DNA of 64,000 nt from an uncultured Kiritimatiellota bacterium (GTDB lineage: Bacteria; Verrucomicrobiota; Kiritimatiellia; RFP12; UBA1067), in NCBI GenBank assembly GCA_934643865.1, contig CAKUCX010000007.1, forward strand, positions 7,766 to 71,765. Reading direction: 5' to 3'. Under the pieces are notes generated by a model. The model had not been told where the DNA came from. It worked only from the letters and a program-made list of their open reading frames with translations, and searched no databases. Both the position numbers and the translations under genes were made by a program. The number at the start of each line of letters is the position of its first letter. Within the stretch, counting starts at the first letter, position 1. Below, piece after piece: positions 27,628-36,694 of the stretch.

Positions 27628-27694
27628 CCAGCCCCCCCCCCTCCCACCCCGGAGCGTTACTGTACAAATCTTGGGTGGACGAGAGTCCCTGCGG

Positions 27695-28465
27695 CTACCA
27701 CGTCATGCGCGTGGGCACGCCGGCCGCGTGCAAGGCGGTCTTGATCTGGGCGATCGTGTAGTCGCCGAAATGGATCATGCCCGCGACGATGGCCGCGTCG
27801 GCCTGCGCCTCGCGGAAGACCGTCACGAGGTGTTCGGGGCGTCCGGCGCCGCCGGAGGCGACGACGGGCACGGGGACTGCCTCGGCGATGCGGCGCGTGA
27901 GGGCGAGTTCGAAGCCGTCGCGCGTCCCGTCCGCGTCGACGGAGTTGACGACGATCTCGCCCGCGCCGAGGTCGGCCGCGCGCTTCGCCCACTCCACAGC
28001 GTCCATGCCCGTGAACTCGCGGAAACCGCGCGTCGTGATCTCGTAGCCGCTCGGGCAGCGCACGCTCCGCACGGGGTCCATGCCGAGGACGATGCACTGC
28101 GCGCCGAACGCCTTCGCGCCGTCGGCGACGATTTGGGGATTCCGCACGGCGAGGGAGTTGACGGAAACCTTCTCCGCGCCGGCGAGAATCACGCGCTCCA
28201 TGTCCGCCAGGGACGAAATGCCTCCGCCCACGGCGAACGGGATGCGCACCGCACGCGCCACAGCCTCGACCATGCCGAGGTCGATCGGACGATGCTCGGC
28301 GGACGCCGTGATGTCGTAGAACACGAGTTCGTCCGCCCCGCCCTCGGAGTAGGCGACGGCCATTTCCACCGGATCGCCGAGGTCGACGTTGTTCTTGAAC
28401 TTCACGCCCTTCGTGACGCGCCCGCCGCGCACGTCGAGGCACGGGATCACGCGCTTCGTCAGCAT
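27695..28465 (-). CDS. hisF: Imidazole glycerol phosphate synthase, cyclase subunit
   Basis: MLTKRVIPCLDVRGGRVTKGVKFKNNVDLGDPVEMA...ASGGAG. Confidence 0.96.
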   Translation of the reverse strand: MLTKRVIPCLDVRGGRVTKGVKFKNNVDLGDPVEMAVAYSEGGADELVFYDITASAEHRPIDLGMVEAVARAVRIPFAVGGGISSLADMERVILAGAEKVSVNSLAVRNPQIVADGAKAFGAQCIVLGMDPVRSVRCPSGYEITTRGFREFTGMDAVEWAKRAADLGAGEIVVNSVDADGTRDGFELALTRRIAEAVPVPVVASGGAGRPEHLVTVFREAQADAAIVAGMIHFGDYTIAQIKTALHAAGVPTRMTW

Positions 28466-29040
28466 GACACGAACTCCTTCAGCAACTCCAGGCCGACGCG
28501 CCCCGACTTCTCGGGGTGGAACTGGTAGGCGACGAGCGCCCCCTTCGCGACGGCACTCGTGAACGTGACGCCCGCGTACGCCGTCGTCCCGACCGTGCAG
28601 GCACCCAGCTCGGCGTAGTAGGAATGGACGAAGTAGTACTCGGCGTCCTGCGCGGCGCCCGCGCGGCGGACCTGGTTCCAGCCGATCTCCGGCACCTTGA
28701 ACCCCGGCACGTCGGGGAAGCGCCGCACGCGCCCCGGCAGGATGCCGAGCGTGTCGACGCCGCCATCCTCCTCGGAATGCTCGAAGAGGATCTGCATCCC
28801 CAGGCAGATGCCGAGGAACGGCCGCCCGGAGACGGCCGCGTCGCGCACCGCCGCCTCAAGGCCGAGGGCGCGGAGGTTCGCCATCGCGCTTCCCGCCGCG
28901 CCGACGCCCGGAAAGACGACCCGATCCGCCGCGCGGACGACGGCCGGGTCGCGCGTCACCTGCGCCTCGACGCCCAGCGCCGCGAACGCAAGGGAGACGC
29001 TCGTCAGGTTGCCCGCCTTGTAGTCAACGATTGCCAGCAT
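28459..29040 (-). CDS. hisH: Imidazole glycerol phosphate synthase, glutamine amidotransferase subunit
   Basis: Starts at MLAIVDYKAGNLTSVSLAFAALG; GICLGMQILFE (catalytic Cys); FHPEKSG. Its stop overlaps the hisF start. Confidence 0.93.
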   Translation of the reverse strand: MLAIVDYKAGNLTSVSLAFAALGVEAQVTRDPAVVRAADRVVFPGVGAAGSAMANLRALGLEAAVRDAAVSGRPFLGICLGMQILFEHSEEDGGVDTLGILPGRVRRFPDVPGFKVPEIGWNQVRRAGAAQDAEYYFVHSYYAELGACTVGTTAYAGVTFTSAVAKGALVAYQFHPEKSGRVGLELLKEFVSC

Positions 29041-29160
29041 GGTCTTTGTCCCGTTTGAAGTGGAAACCGCGACGAGGCGAATTGCCACGCCGCGCGGCAA
29101 TGCGCCGCCGCGCCAGCCGAGCCGCCTGACACGGGCGCTACGCGCCCGAAGTGGGTGGGC

Positions 29161-30144
29161 CTAGCAGCGGCCCTTCGAGCGGAGGAACTGGAAGGACGGC
29201 TTGACGGCACCGTTCGGGTCGTCGAAGTGGCGCTCGCACTCGACGACGTACCACTCGACCTTGTCCTTGTCCGACGCGACGAAGAGGCGGTCCCACGGCA
29301 CCGGCGTCGCACCCGGCTTGCCGGGCTGGCCGAGGATGGCGTCGAACGACTTCACGTCCTTGCCCATGCCGTTCTCCTTCGCGTGGAGCGTCGGACTGCG
29401 GTGCGGGTACTTCACGTACTGCTCGCAGCAGTCGACGCCCGCGCAGGTGGACCAGCCGACGTCCTGCTCCATGCAGACGTCCTGGCACGTGTTCGTGAAG
29501 AAGTAGTCCCAGAACGACGTGCCGTCCATCATCTTGATCCCATGCTCCCACGTGTGGTTGTGGAGGCCGATCTTGCAGCCCATCGTCTTCGCGACCACGG
29601 CCGCCTTGTTGTAGAGTTCGACGAGCTTCTTCGTGAAGGCGTCGATCTCCTTCGAGGGCTTGCAGGGCTCGCCGCCGCGGCCGGTGGACCAGGACGCGCC
29701 CGGGGGGATGTTGCCGCCGCCGGGGCAGATGATGAGCGTGTTGCCGTAGGCCGTCTCGAACTCGCAGGTCTTCTTGAGGACGTCCGCGTTGAACGTTCCC
29801 TTCTTCACGTCGAAGCCGTACTTGTCGTTCGAGACGTGCGTGCCGCACACCTTGAGGCCGTTGTCCGCGAGCATCTTCTTGAGCTCGCAGGGCTTGAAGC
29901 CGTAGTAGCCGGCGAACTCGACGCCCTCGAAGCCGATCGCGCGGACGTCCGCGAGGCCCTTTTCGAGGCCGACGCCCTTCGTCTTCAGCTTTTTGTTGCC
30001 GCCGATGTAGTCCTTCAGCGAGTAGAGCTGAAGCGCGACCTTGCCGTAGCGCGTGCCGCAGCAGGAGCTGCAGCAGCCCGGCGCGAGAAAGGCGGCGCCG
30101 GCAAGGGCCGAGGCGCCAAGGAAGTTTCTGCGTGTGATGTTCAT
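29161..30144 (-). CDS. Tat-exported sugar phosphate isomerase/epimerase (xylose isomerase-like TIM barrel)
   Basis: Starts at MNITRRNFLGASALAGAAFLAPG (twin-arginine signal), preceded by AAAGGAGAA. VALQLYSL...GFEGVEFAG...GLHNHTWE is typical of the AP endonuclease 2/xylose isomerase-like fold. Confidence 0.75.
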   Translation of the reverse strand: MNITRRNFLGASALAGAAFLAPGCCSSCCGTRYGKVALQLYSLKDYIGGNKKLKTKGVGLEKGLADVRAIGFEGVEFAGYYGFKPCELKKMLADNGLKVCGTHVSNDKYGFDVKKGTFNADVLKKTCEFETAYGNTLIICPGGGNIPPGASWSTGRGGEPCKPSKEIDAFTKKLVELYNKAAVVAKTMGCKIGLHNHTWEHGIKMMDGTSFWDYFFTNTCQDVCMEQDVGWSTCAGVDCCEQYVKYPHRSPTLHAKENGMGKDVKSFDAILGQPGKPGATPVPWDRLFVASDKDKVEWYVVECERHFDDPNGAVKPSFQFLRSKGRC

Positions 30145-30167
30145 GTTGTTCTCCTTTTGGATGGGGT

Positions 30168-30178
30168 AGTCTACCACA
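30168..30178 (-). promoter_or_regulatory. Extended -10-like element TGTGGTAGACT upstream of the isomerase gene
   Basis: The minus strand reads agaTGTGGTAGACTaccccatccaaaaggagaacaacATG. Confidence 0.35.
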
Positions 30179-30224
30179 TCTGCGGCCCGCCGTCACCTGT
30201 CCGAACGGCCCAAAGCGGGAAAGC

Positions 30225-30262
30225 GAAGCCTCCGCGCCGCCCGGAGGCGGCGCGGAGGCTTC
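30225..30262 (-). terminator. Perfect 17-bp stem-loop downstream of rplI (probable intrinsic terminator)
   Basis: GAAGCCTCCGCGCCGCC-CGGA-GGCGGCGCGGAGGCTTC. On the minus strand it is followed by GCTTTCCCGCTTTGG. Confidence 0.55.
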
Positions 30263-30285
30263 ATCCGCCGGCGTGCGCCGGCCCG

Positions 30286-30750
30286 CTACGCCTGCTGCGC
30301 GGAGGCGTCGACGATCCACACCTTGAAGGGGACCGCCACGCCCTCGCCGAGGTCGATCTTGGCCTCGTAGGTGCCGACCTCCCTGAGCTGGTCGGGGAGG
30401 TCGAGCTGTCCGCGCTCGAACTTCACGCCGCGATCGGCCTCGATCGCGTCGAGGATGTCCGTCGCCTTCACGCCGCCGTACAGCTTCGTGCCGTCGATCG
30501 TCTGGGCGTTCACCGTCACGGAGAGGCCCGTGAGCTTCGCGGCGAGGGCTTCGGCGGCCGCCTTGCGCGCCTTGCGCTCGGCGGCGCGCTGCGCCTCCAG
30601 CTTCGCGAGGCGGCGCTTCGACGCCTCCGTCACCGGGGCCGCAAGGCCCTGCGGCAGCAACATGTTGCGCGCGTAGCCGGGGGCGACCTTGACGATCGCG
30701 CCGGCCTTGCCGAGGTACTTCACATCGGCCATCAGCATCACTTCGGTCAT
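30286..30750 (-). CDS. rplI: 50S ribosomal protein L9
   Basis: VMLMADVKYLGKAGAIVKVAPGYARNMLLPQGLA; position after rpsR. Confidence 0.93.
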   Translation of the reverse strand: MTEVMLMADVKYLGKAGAIVKVAPGYARNMLLPQGLAAPVTEASKRRLAKLEAQRAAERKARKAAAEALAAKLTGLSVTVNAQTIDGTKLYGGVKATDILDAIEADRGVKFERGQLDLPDQLREVGTYEAKIDLGEGVAVPFKVWIVDASAQQA

Positions 30751-30766
30751 GTCATGCGCTCCTTTC

Positions 30767-31009
30767 TCAGGCCATGAGGCCCATGTTGCGTGCGCGGCGC
30801 ACGCCCTTCTTGATCTGGCGCTGCTGCATCGCCGTCACGCCCGTCACGCGGGCCGGGATGATCTTGCCGTATTCGGTCACGTAGCGCTTGAGGACCTCGA
30901 TGTCGGTGAGGTCGATCTTGTCGTTCGCGGGAATCGCGGGGCGGCGGCGGGAGGTGAACTCGCCGCGCTCTTCGCGGTTCGAACGCTCGCTTTTCTTCTG
31001 GTAGGCCAT
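30767..31009 (-). CDS. rpsR: 30S ribosomal protein S18
   Basis: Last 80 codons of ORF 30767..31357: MAYQKKSERS...IDLTDIEVLKRYVTEYGKIIPARVTGVTAMQQRQIKKGVRRARNMGLM. Confidence 0.93.
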   Translation of the reverse strand: MAYQKKSERSNREERGEFTSRRRPAIPANDKIDLTDIEVLKRYVTEYGKIIPARVTGVTAMQQRQIKKGVRRARNMGLMA

Positions 31010-31038
31010 TGTCTGACTTCCTTGTTTTTGATTGTCTT

Positions 31039-31443
31039 CTAAAACGGCAGAGGCGCTTCGTCGTCGCCGACGACGGCGATCGGCTCGCCCGTGAGCCGGC
31101 TCTGGTTGGGGGCCGGCAGGGGCAGGAACTTCACGGTCATGGCGCGCACCTTCAGCTTCTGGAGCTTCTGCCCGTCCTTCTCCCACGTGTCCATCTGGAG
31201 TCGCCCCTCCACGAGGACCGAGCGGCCCTTGCGGAGGTACTGCCCACACAGCTCGGCGAGCTTCTCCCACGCGTCGACGTCGACGAACGTGGGGATGTCC
31301 ACCATGTTGCCGTTGCGGTCCCGCCGGCGCTCGTTGAGCGCAAGGGCGAAGCGGCACACCTTCACGGCGTTCGCCCCGACCGTGCGGACCTCGGGGTCGC
31401 GCGTCAGGTTGCCCATCAGGATGACTTTGTTGAAGGACGGCAT
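31039..31443 (-). CDS. ssb: Single-stranded DNA-binding protein
   Basis: MPSFNKVILMGNLTRDPEVR...; OB-fold; acidic C-terminal tip DDEAPLPF. Confidence 0.93.
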   Translation of the reverse strand: MPSFNKVILMGNLTRDPEVRTVGANAVKVCRFALALNERRRDRNGNMVDIPTFVDVDAWEKLAELCGQYLRKGRSVLVEGRLQMDTWEKDGQKLQKLKVRAMTVKFLPLPAPNQSRLTGEPIAVVGDDEAPLPF

Positions 31444-31464
31444 GGCTGCCTCCGCCGCGTCTCG

Positions 31465-31860
31465 TTATTCGGCCGCGGCCGCCTCGGCGGCCGCCGCTTC
31501 GGCTTCCTTCTGGGCCTTGATCGCCTCGCGCTTCGCGGCCGCTTCGCGCTGGGCGGCGAGCACCGCCTCGCGGCGCTCGTCGACGGCCAGGATCTGCACG
31601 CGGAAGACCTCTTCCACGAGGCGGTAGCGGTTGACGAGCTCGCTCACCTTCGCGGGGTCGAACTCGAAGCGGACGAGCACGTACACGCCGTTCTCGCGCT
31701 TGTGCATCGGGTGCGCGAACGCGCGCTTGCCGAGCACTTCCTGGGTGAGGACGCTGCCGCCGAGGCGCGTCACTTCCGCAAGCGCCTTCTGGATCTGCGC
31801 GTCCAGCACGTCGTCCTTCGCCTGTCCGGCGAAGATGTAGAGACCATCGTACTTCTTCAT
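31465..31860 (-). CDS. rpsF: 30S ribosomal protein S6
   Basis: MKKYDGLYIFAGQ...; Ala/Glu-rich tail; conserved rpsF-ssb-rpsR-rplI order. Confidence 0.9.
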   Translation of the reverse strand: MKKYDGLYIFAGQAKDDVLDAQIQKALAEVTRLGGSVLTQEVLGKRAFAHPMHKRENGVYVLVRFEFDPAKVSELVNRYRLVEEVFRVQILAVDERREAVLAAQREAAAKREAIKAQKEAEAAAAEAAAAE

Positions 31861-32468
31861 GTGTCGTTTTCCTTCCCGGCGGCGGACGTCGCCGTCCAGC
31901 CGTTGTACCGGTTCATCGCGATTTCAGGACTTTCCAGCTCGATCGCCCCGATTGCCTTGACCGCCTCCGCCACCACTTCGTCCATGACCTTCCGGTCATC
32001 CGGCGCGAACCTGCCGAGCACGTGCCCGACCACGTTCGCGCGGTTCCGCGCGTCGCGGCCGACGCCGAGGCGCAGCCGGAGGAAGTCCGGCGAGCCCGTG
32101 CGCTCGATCACGCTCTTCAGGCCGTTGTGGCCGCCCGCCGAGCCGCCCCTGCGGATGCGCATCCGCCCCACGGGGAGGTCGATGTCGTCCGAGACGACGA
32201 GCAGGTCTTCCGCCACCTTGGCGTTGTGGTACTTCACCACGGGCGCGACGCAGTTTCCGCTCAGGTTCATGAACGTCATGGGCTTCACCAGCATGACCTT
32301 CACGGCGCCGAGCATCCCCGTCGCGAGTTCCCCGTTGAACGAGGACGAGTTCTTCCAGGACGCGCCGATCTCGCGCGCCAGCGCCTCCACGACCTCGAAG
32401 CCGATGGAGTGCGGCGTGTTCGCGTAGTCCGCGCCCGGATTCCCCAGTCCAGCGATTACCTTCATCAA
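31857..32468 (-). CDS. pth: Peptidyl-tRNA hydrolase
   Basis: MKVIAGLGNPGADYANTPHSIGF...PMTFMNLSG...GGHNGLKS. Confidence 0.94.
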   Translation of the reverse strand: MMKVIAGLGNPGADYANTPHSIGFEVVEALAREIGASWKNSSSFNGELATGMLGAVKVMLVKPMTFMNLSGNCVAPVVKYHNAKVAEDLLVVSDDIDLPVGRMRIRRGGSAGGHNGLKSVIERTGSPDFLRLRLGVGRDARNRANVVGHVLGRFAPDDRKVMDEVVAEAVKAIGAIELESPEIAMNRYNGWTATSAAGKENDT

Positions 32469-32486
32469 GACACCGGAGCGGCGGAA

Positions 32487-33155
32487 TTACTTCTTGGCCT
32501 CCGCCTTGGCGGCGTCGGCGTCTTCCTTGCCCTTCTTGATCACCTCGGGCGACTTCTCCTCGCCGGCCGCCGCGCCCAGCGCCGCCGCGTCCGCGCCGTC
32601 CGGCGCCTTGACGACGGCCACGGCGAGTTCGCCGCGCGTCACGAGCGTCTGCTTGTCGCCGAGCTGCAGGTCGCGCACGAAGAACGTCTGGTCCAGGCCG
32701 AGCTTCGAGACGTCGACCTCGAACTTCTCGGCGATGTCCGTCGGCAGGCACTCGACCTCGACCTTGCGCAGCACCTGCTCCAGCACGCCGCCGCCGAGCT
32801 TCACGCCCACCGCCTCGCCGACGAGGTAGAGCGGCACCGTCACGCGCACCTTCTGCGAGAGCGACACCTCGCTGAAATCCACATGGATCGGGGTGCCCGC
32901 CAGCACGTCGTTCTGCATCTCGCGCAGGAGCGCCGGCACCTCGGTCCCGTCCACGTCCAGCGTGACGAGGAGCTGCTTGCCGCTCCGGCCGCGCATGGCC
33001 ATCATGAACTCGTGGGCGTCGAACTTGATGAGCTTCGTCCCGCCCTTGTTCATGCTCATCACCGAGGCGGGCACCTGCCCGCTGCGGCGAAGGCGGCGCA
33101 CCGCGCTCGTACCCTGTTCGGTACGCACGGACGCCTTGATCTTGATCTGATCCAT
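32487..33155 (-). CDS. rplY: 50S ribosomal protein L25 / general stress protein Ctc
   Basis: Starts at MDQIKIKASVRTEQGTSAVRRLRRSGQVPASV; long Ctc-type form with an acidic/lysine-rich tail. Confidence 0.88.
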   Translation of the reverse strand: MDQIKIKASVRTEQGTSAVRRLRRSGQVPASVMSMNKGGTKLIKFDAHEFMMAMRGRSGKQLLVTLDVDGTEVPALLREMQNDVLAGTPIHVDFSEVSLSQKVRVTVPLYLVGEAVGVKLGGGVLEQVLRKVEVECLPTDIAEKFEVDVSKLGLDQTFFVRDLQLGDKQTLVTRGELAVAVVKAPDGADAAALGAAAGEEKSPEVIKKGKEDADAAKAEAKK

Positions 33156-33224
33156 TCGTCTTCCCTTGTGTTGTCCCCGCCTGCTCTCACGCACGCGCGC
33201 TACCCTCGGCGGTCAAAATTGGAT

Positions 33225-33235
33225 AGTATAGCACA
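33225..33235 (-). promoter_or_regulatory. Extended -10 element TGTGCTATACT between prs and rplY
   Basis: The minus strand reads ccgtttTTGTGCTATACTatccaatttt, immediately after the prs stop codon. Confidence 0.4.
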
Positions 33236-33242
33236 AAAACGG

Positions 33243-34214
33243 TCACTCGTGGTTGAAGAGGTCGTTGATGCTCTGGTTCGAGTGGATGCGCTTGATGGCC
33301 TCGCCGATGAGGGGGGCGACGCTCAGCACCGTGAGCTTGAAGGGGAGCTTCGAGGGGTCGAAGCCCGTGCGGAGCGGGATCGTGTCCGTCACGACGAGCT
33401 CGTCGAGCTGGGTCTCGCCCATCAGGCGCTCCACGCCCTTCGGCGTGAGCGGGAAGTGCGAGACGAACGCATGGACGCTCTTCGCGCCGTTGTCGCGGCA
33501 CATCTTCGCGGCCGCGCTCAGCGTGCCGCCCGTCGCCGTCATGTCGTCCACCATGATGACGTCGCAGCCCTTGACGTCGCCGACGACGCTGAAGGCGTCG
33601 ACCGTCGAGTCGCCCGTGCGCTGCTTGGCGACGATCGCGAGGCCCGTGCCCAGCTTGCGGCTGTAGCCGTAGGCCGTCTTCGCGCCGCCGGCGTCCGGGG
33701 AGACGACGATGGGCTTCGCGAGGTGCATGTCGCGGATGTACTTGAGGATCACCGGCTCCGCGTGCAGCTGGTCGAGCGGGATGTTGAAGAAGCCCTGGAT
33801 CTGGTTCGCGTGCAGGTCGAGCGTGAGCACGCGGTCGGCGCCGGCCGCCGTGAGCAGATTCGCGACGAGGCGCGCCGTGATCGGCACGCGCGGCTGGTCC
33901 TTGCGGTCCTGGCGCGCGTAGCCGTAGTAGGGGACGACGGCCGTGATGCGCGCCGCGCTGCCGCGCTTGAGCGCGTCCATGATGATGAAGAGCTCCATGT
34001 ACGCCTCGTTCGGCGACGGGCTGCCGCTCTGGATCACGAACACATCGCGGCCGCGCACGCCCTCCTGCACCTGGCAGAACGTCTCGCCGTCGGGGAAACG
34101 CCGGATGTCGATCTTGTTGAGGGGCTTGCCCAGATAGGCGGCCACCTTCTCGGCGAGCGGCAGGTTCGCCGTTCCCGAAAACACCATGAATCCGTTCTGA
34201 TCCTGTTCCGACAT
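33243..34214 (-). CDS. prs: Ribose-phosphate pyrophosphokinase
   Basis: 323 aa; VFSGTANLPLAEKVAAYLG...FPDGE...VPYYGYARQDRK...DLHA...VDDMTATGGT. Confidence 0.96.
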   Translation of the reverse strand: MSEQDQNGFMVFSGTANLPLAEKVAAYLGKPLNKIDIRRFPDGETFCQVQEGVRGRDVFVIQSGSPSPNEAYMELFIIMDALKRGSAARITAVVPYYGYARQDRKDQPRVPITARLVANLLTAAGADRVLTLDLHANQIQGFFNIPLDQLHAEPVILKYIRDMHLAKPIVVSPDAGGAKTAYGYSRKLGTGLAIVAKQRTGDSTVDAFSVVGDVKGCDVIMVDDMTATGGTLSAAAKMCRDNGAKSVHAFVSHFPLTPKGVERLMGETQLDELVVTDTIPLRTGFDPSKLPFKLTVLSVAPLIGEAIKRIHSNQSINDLFNHE

Positions 34215-34272
34215 GTTCCTTCTCCAGTGGTTGACCCCCCAAGACCCACATGGATCTCAAAAAGGGGTACTT

Positions 34273-34281
34273 AGTATAGCA
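34273..34281 (-). promoter_or_regulatory. Extended -10 element TGCTATACT upstream of prs
   Basis: The minus strand reads gagattTGCTATACTaagtaccc..., about 55 nt upstream of the prs ATG (RBS GGAGAAGGAA). Confidence 0.4.
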
Positions 34282-34306
34282 AATCTCCGCCGAACGGGTG
34301 CCGCCC

Positions 34307-36679
34307 TTACCGCAGAATGAAGAGCGTCCCCGAAAGGACGGCCAGCGCCACCTTCCGGGACGCCGCATCCACCACGACGCGGTAGGCCGCCGACACGCCC
34401 GGCGCGGGCGTCCAGACGGGCACGCCCGTCACCGCGTCCGACGCGTGGGCGAGGACGGACGTGCCGATGGGCGTCACACCTTCGGGCACGGCCACGTCCA
34501 GCTTCATCGTCTGCGGGAACACGATCCGCGCCGCCCCCGTAAACGGCGCCGCCACCTTCCCGTCCGCCCCGTAGACGACGCGCAGCGTCGCGCCCTCCTC
34601 GAAGACAAGCTCGTCGACCGTCAGGTTCCCCAAATCCGTGAACGTGCAGCCGGATCGGACGATAAGCTTTTCGAGATGCGTCGGCGCCGTCGCGCGGAAC
34701 GCCGCGCCGGCCCCCTCCAGCATCACCGTGCCGAAGGCCAGCACGGTCTGCGCCGCCGCCGTCTGCGGGAACCACTTCCGCGCCAGATACGCCGTCGCGG
34801 CGTCCCGCTCGGCATCCGTCAGACGGTTCGTGTAGATCAAAAGTTCTCCGAGTTCCTGCCCGCCGTTGAGACGGTAGTTGCTGTCCTTGCCCGCCGCGTA
34901 GCAGGAGGCGAGCCACGTGGCCCCGGCCGACGCCCCGGCCGCGTCGTCCGTCTCGGAGATGCGCCAGCCCACGAGGTCGTACGCGCCGCCCAGGCCCGTC
35001 TTCGTGCCGTCCACCGCCACGCCGTTCACCCAGGTCTCGCCCGCGCGCACAACGCCCTTGTCCCGCCCCGTACCGTCCCAGAGCGGCGCGTCGGCGGTCC
35101 TGCCGAAGTTGCCGCCCCGGTGGAAGTGGCGCTTGGTGCCGTCGAGCGCCTGGCTGTCGCCGAGCAGGAAGCCGCCGCCGTTCTTGCTGCCGATCACCCA
35201 GAAGACCGTGCGGATCTCCGTGCGCGCCGGCGAGAACGCCATCATGCGGTCGTCGCCCTCGACGTCATGTTCCGCCATGCGCCCAAAGTCCAGCACGGGG
35301 AGGCCGTTCAGCGCGTTCGCCGTCCAGACGGGCAGTTGGTGTTCCGATTGCCGCACGGCGGCGAACGTGCCGCCGCGCCGGTCCGCCCAGTTCGAGACGA
35401 CGCCCGCCTCGTTCGTCGTGAGCGAAGCCGCCGCCGTCGCGTCCAGCCACGCCGAAAGCCCGCGCGGCGGCGGCACCGAGACCTCGCCGGCCTCCACCGC
35501 GCCCTCCGCCACGTGGATCTCCGCACCTGCGTCGCCCCAACCGAGAACGGCCGTCCCCGCACCCGTCTTCGTGAACGGGCCCGCCACGGAACCGAACCGC
35601 ACCGTCTTCCCTTCCGCCACCGACACGGCGCCGGAGACGGCCCCCGCAAGCGTCGCGTCCGCCGTGAACGCCACCGTCCCCTCCTCCACGGACACCCCGC
35701 CCGAAAACGTCGTGCCCGCGCCCGTAAACACGAGCGTCCCCGCACCGCGCTTCACCACCCCCGCCGCACCGCCGGGCGCATCCACCACGCACGGCTCGAA
35801 GGTCATCCGCCGTTCCGCCACCACGTCGAAGACCGTTTCGGATCGCGTCAGCGCGAGGACGCCCCCGCCCCGCACGCGCGATCCGTCCGCCGTCGCCGCG
35901 CCGTCCACCGTCACACGCGGCACGCCGAAGCCGTTCGCCTGGCCGTTGTACACGCCCATCCCGATGTCCGCCCCGTCCCGCAGGACAAGGTGCGAGGCGT
36001 AGTTCGTGGCGAACGCCTTCACTTCATATCGCGAACCGAACCCCGCGCGGTTTCCCTCTCCGCTCAGAATAAGCGTCGGCATGCCGAGCCCCCGTCCGGC
36101 GACTATCCCCTCATGGGCGGGAGAGAGCCAGGACGGCGCCTCGATGACGACCGTCTCGGTCGGCCCCAGGCGTCCCAGCACGTTCACGCGGACGCTGACG
36201 GGCTTCCCGCCCGTGACGTGAATCCGCACGCCCGTCTCGGCCGTCAGGGGTACATCGCCGTCAAGGCACAGCATCCCGCCCGCGCCCGTCGCCGTCCAGG
36301 CCTGGTCGGCCGCAAGGTGAAGCCCGCCCTTCGGCTGCAGGTTCACCTCGGCACTGACCGTATTCGCGAGCGTGATGCCCGCCGCGCGGACCGTCAACTT
36401 CCCGGCGCCGCGGACATAGCGCTTCCCGCCCGCCGGCGCGTATGCGAGACCGTCCACGACAACGCCCGCCTCGGGCACCTGCACGTCGGTGTCGCCGATA
36501 ACGGCAAATGCGCCGTCCGACCAGTCCACCGTCTCGCCCGCCTCGTTCCGCCACGCCCCGCTTGCCGTCCACACCCCGTTCGACGCACCCACGTAGGTGA
36601 GGCGCGGGCTCGCGGCCACCACCGTCCCCGCGCAGCAGGCCAGCCCCGCCACAAGACGTCCTACCACGTTCCGCTTCAT
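34307..36679 (-). CDS. Large secreted/surface protein with autotransporter-associated beta-strand (PATR) repeats and a LamG/concanavalin-like central domain
   Basis: Signal peptide MKRNVVGRLVAGLACCAGTVVAA. Repeated G.GTLVFTG..T.SGG..V..GT units. The central segment LSAWLDA...NGLPVLDFG...FWVIG...LIYTNRLTDAERDAATAYLARKW is typical of LamG-type laminin G domains. The C-terminus is a short hydrophobic tail, ALAVLSGTLFILR. Confidence 0.75.
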   Translation of the reverse strand: MKRNVVGRLVAGLACCAGTVVAASPRLTYVGASNGVWTASGAWRNEAGETVDWSDGAFAVIGDTDVQVPEAGVVVDGLAYAPAGGKRYVRGAGKLTVRAAGITLANTVSAEVNLQPKGGLHLAADQAWTATGAGGMLCLDGDVPLTAETGVRIHVTGGKPVSVRVNVLGRLGPTETVVIEAPSWLSPAHEGIVAGRGLGMPTLILSGEGNRAGFGSRYEVKAFATNYASHLVLRDGADIGMGVYNGQANGFGVPRVTVDGAATADGSRVRGGGVLALTRSETVFDVVAERRMTFEPCVVDAPGGAAGVVKRGAGTLVFTGAGTTFSGGVSVEEGTVAFTADATLAGAVSGAVSVAEGKTVRFGSVAGPFTKTGAGTAVLGWGDAGAEIHVAEGAVEAGEVSVPPPRGLSAWLDATAAASLTTNEAGVVSNWADRRGGTFAAVRQSEHQLPVWTANALNGLPVLDFGRMAEHDVEGDDRMMAFSPARTEIRTVFWVIGSKNGGGFLLGDSQALDGTKRHFHRGGNFGRTADAPLWDGTGRDKGVVRAGETWVNGVAVDGTKTGLGGAYDLVGWRISETDDAAGASAGATWLASCYAAGKDSNYRLNGGQELGELLIYTNRLTDAERDAATAYLARKWFPQTAAAQTVLAFGTVMLEGAGAAFRATAPTHLEKLIVRSGCTFTDLGNLTVDELVFEEGATLRVVYGADGKVAAPFTGAARIVFPQTMKLDVAVPEGVTPIGTSVLAHASDAVTGVPVWTPAPGVSAAYRVVVDAASRKVALAVLSGTLFILR

Positions 36680-36694
36680 GTCCTCATCCTTCCT

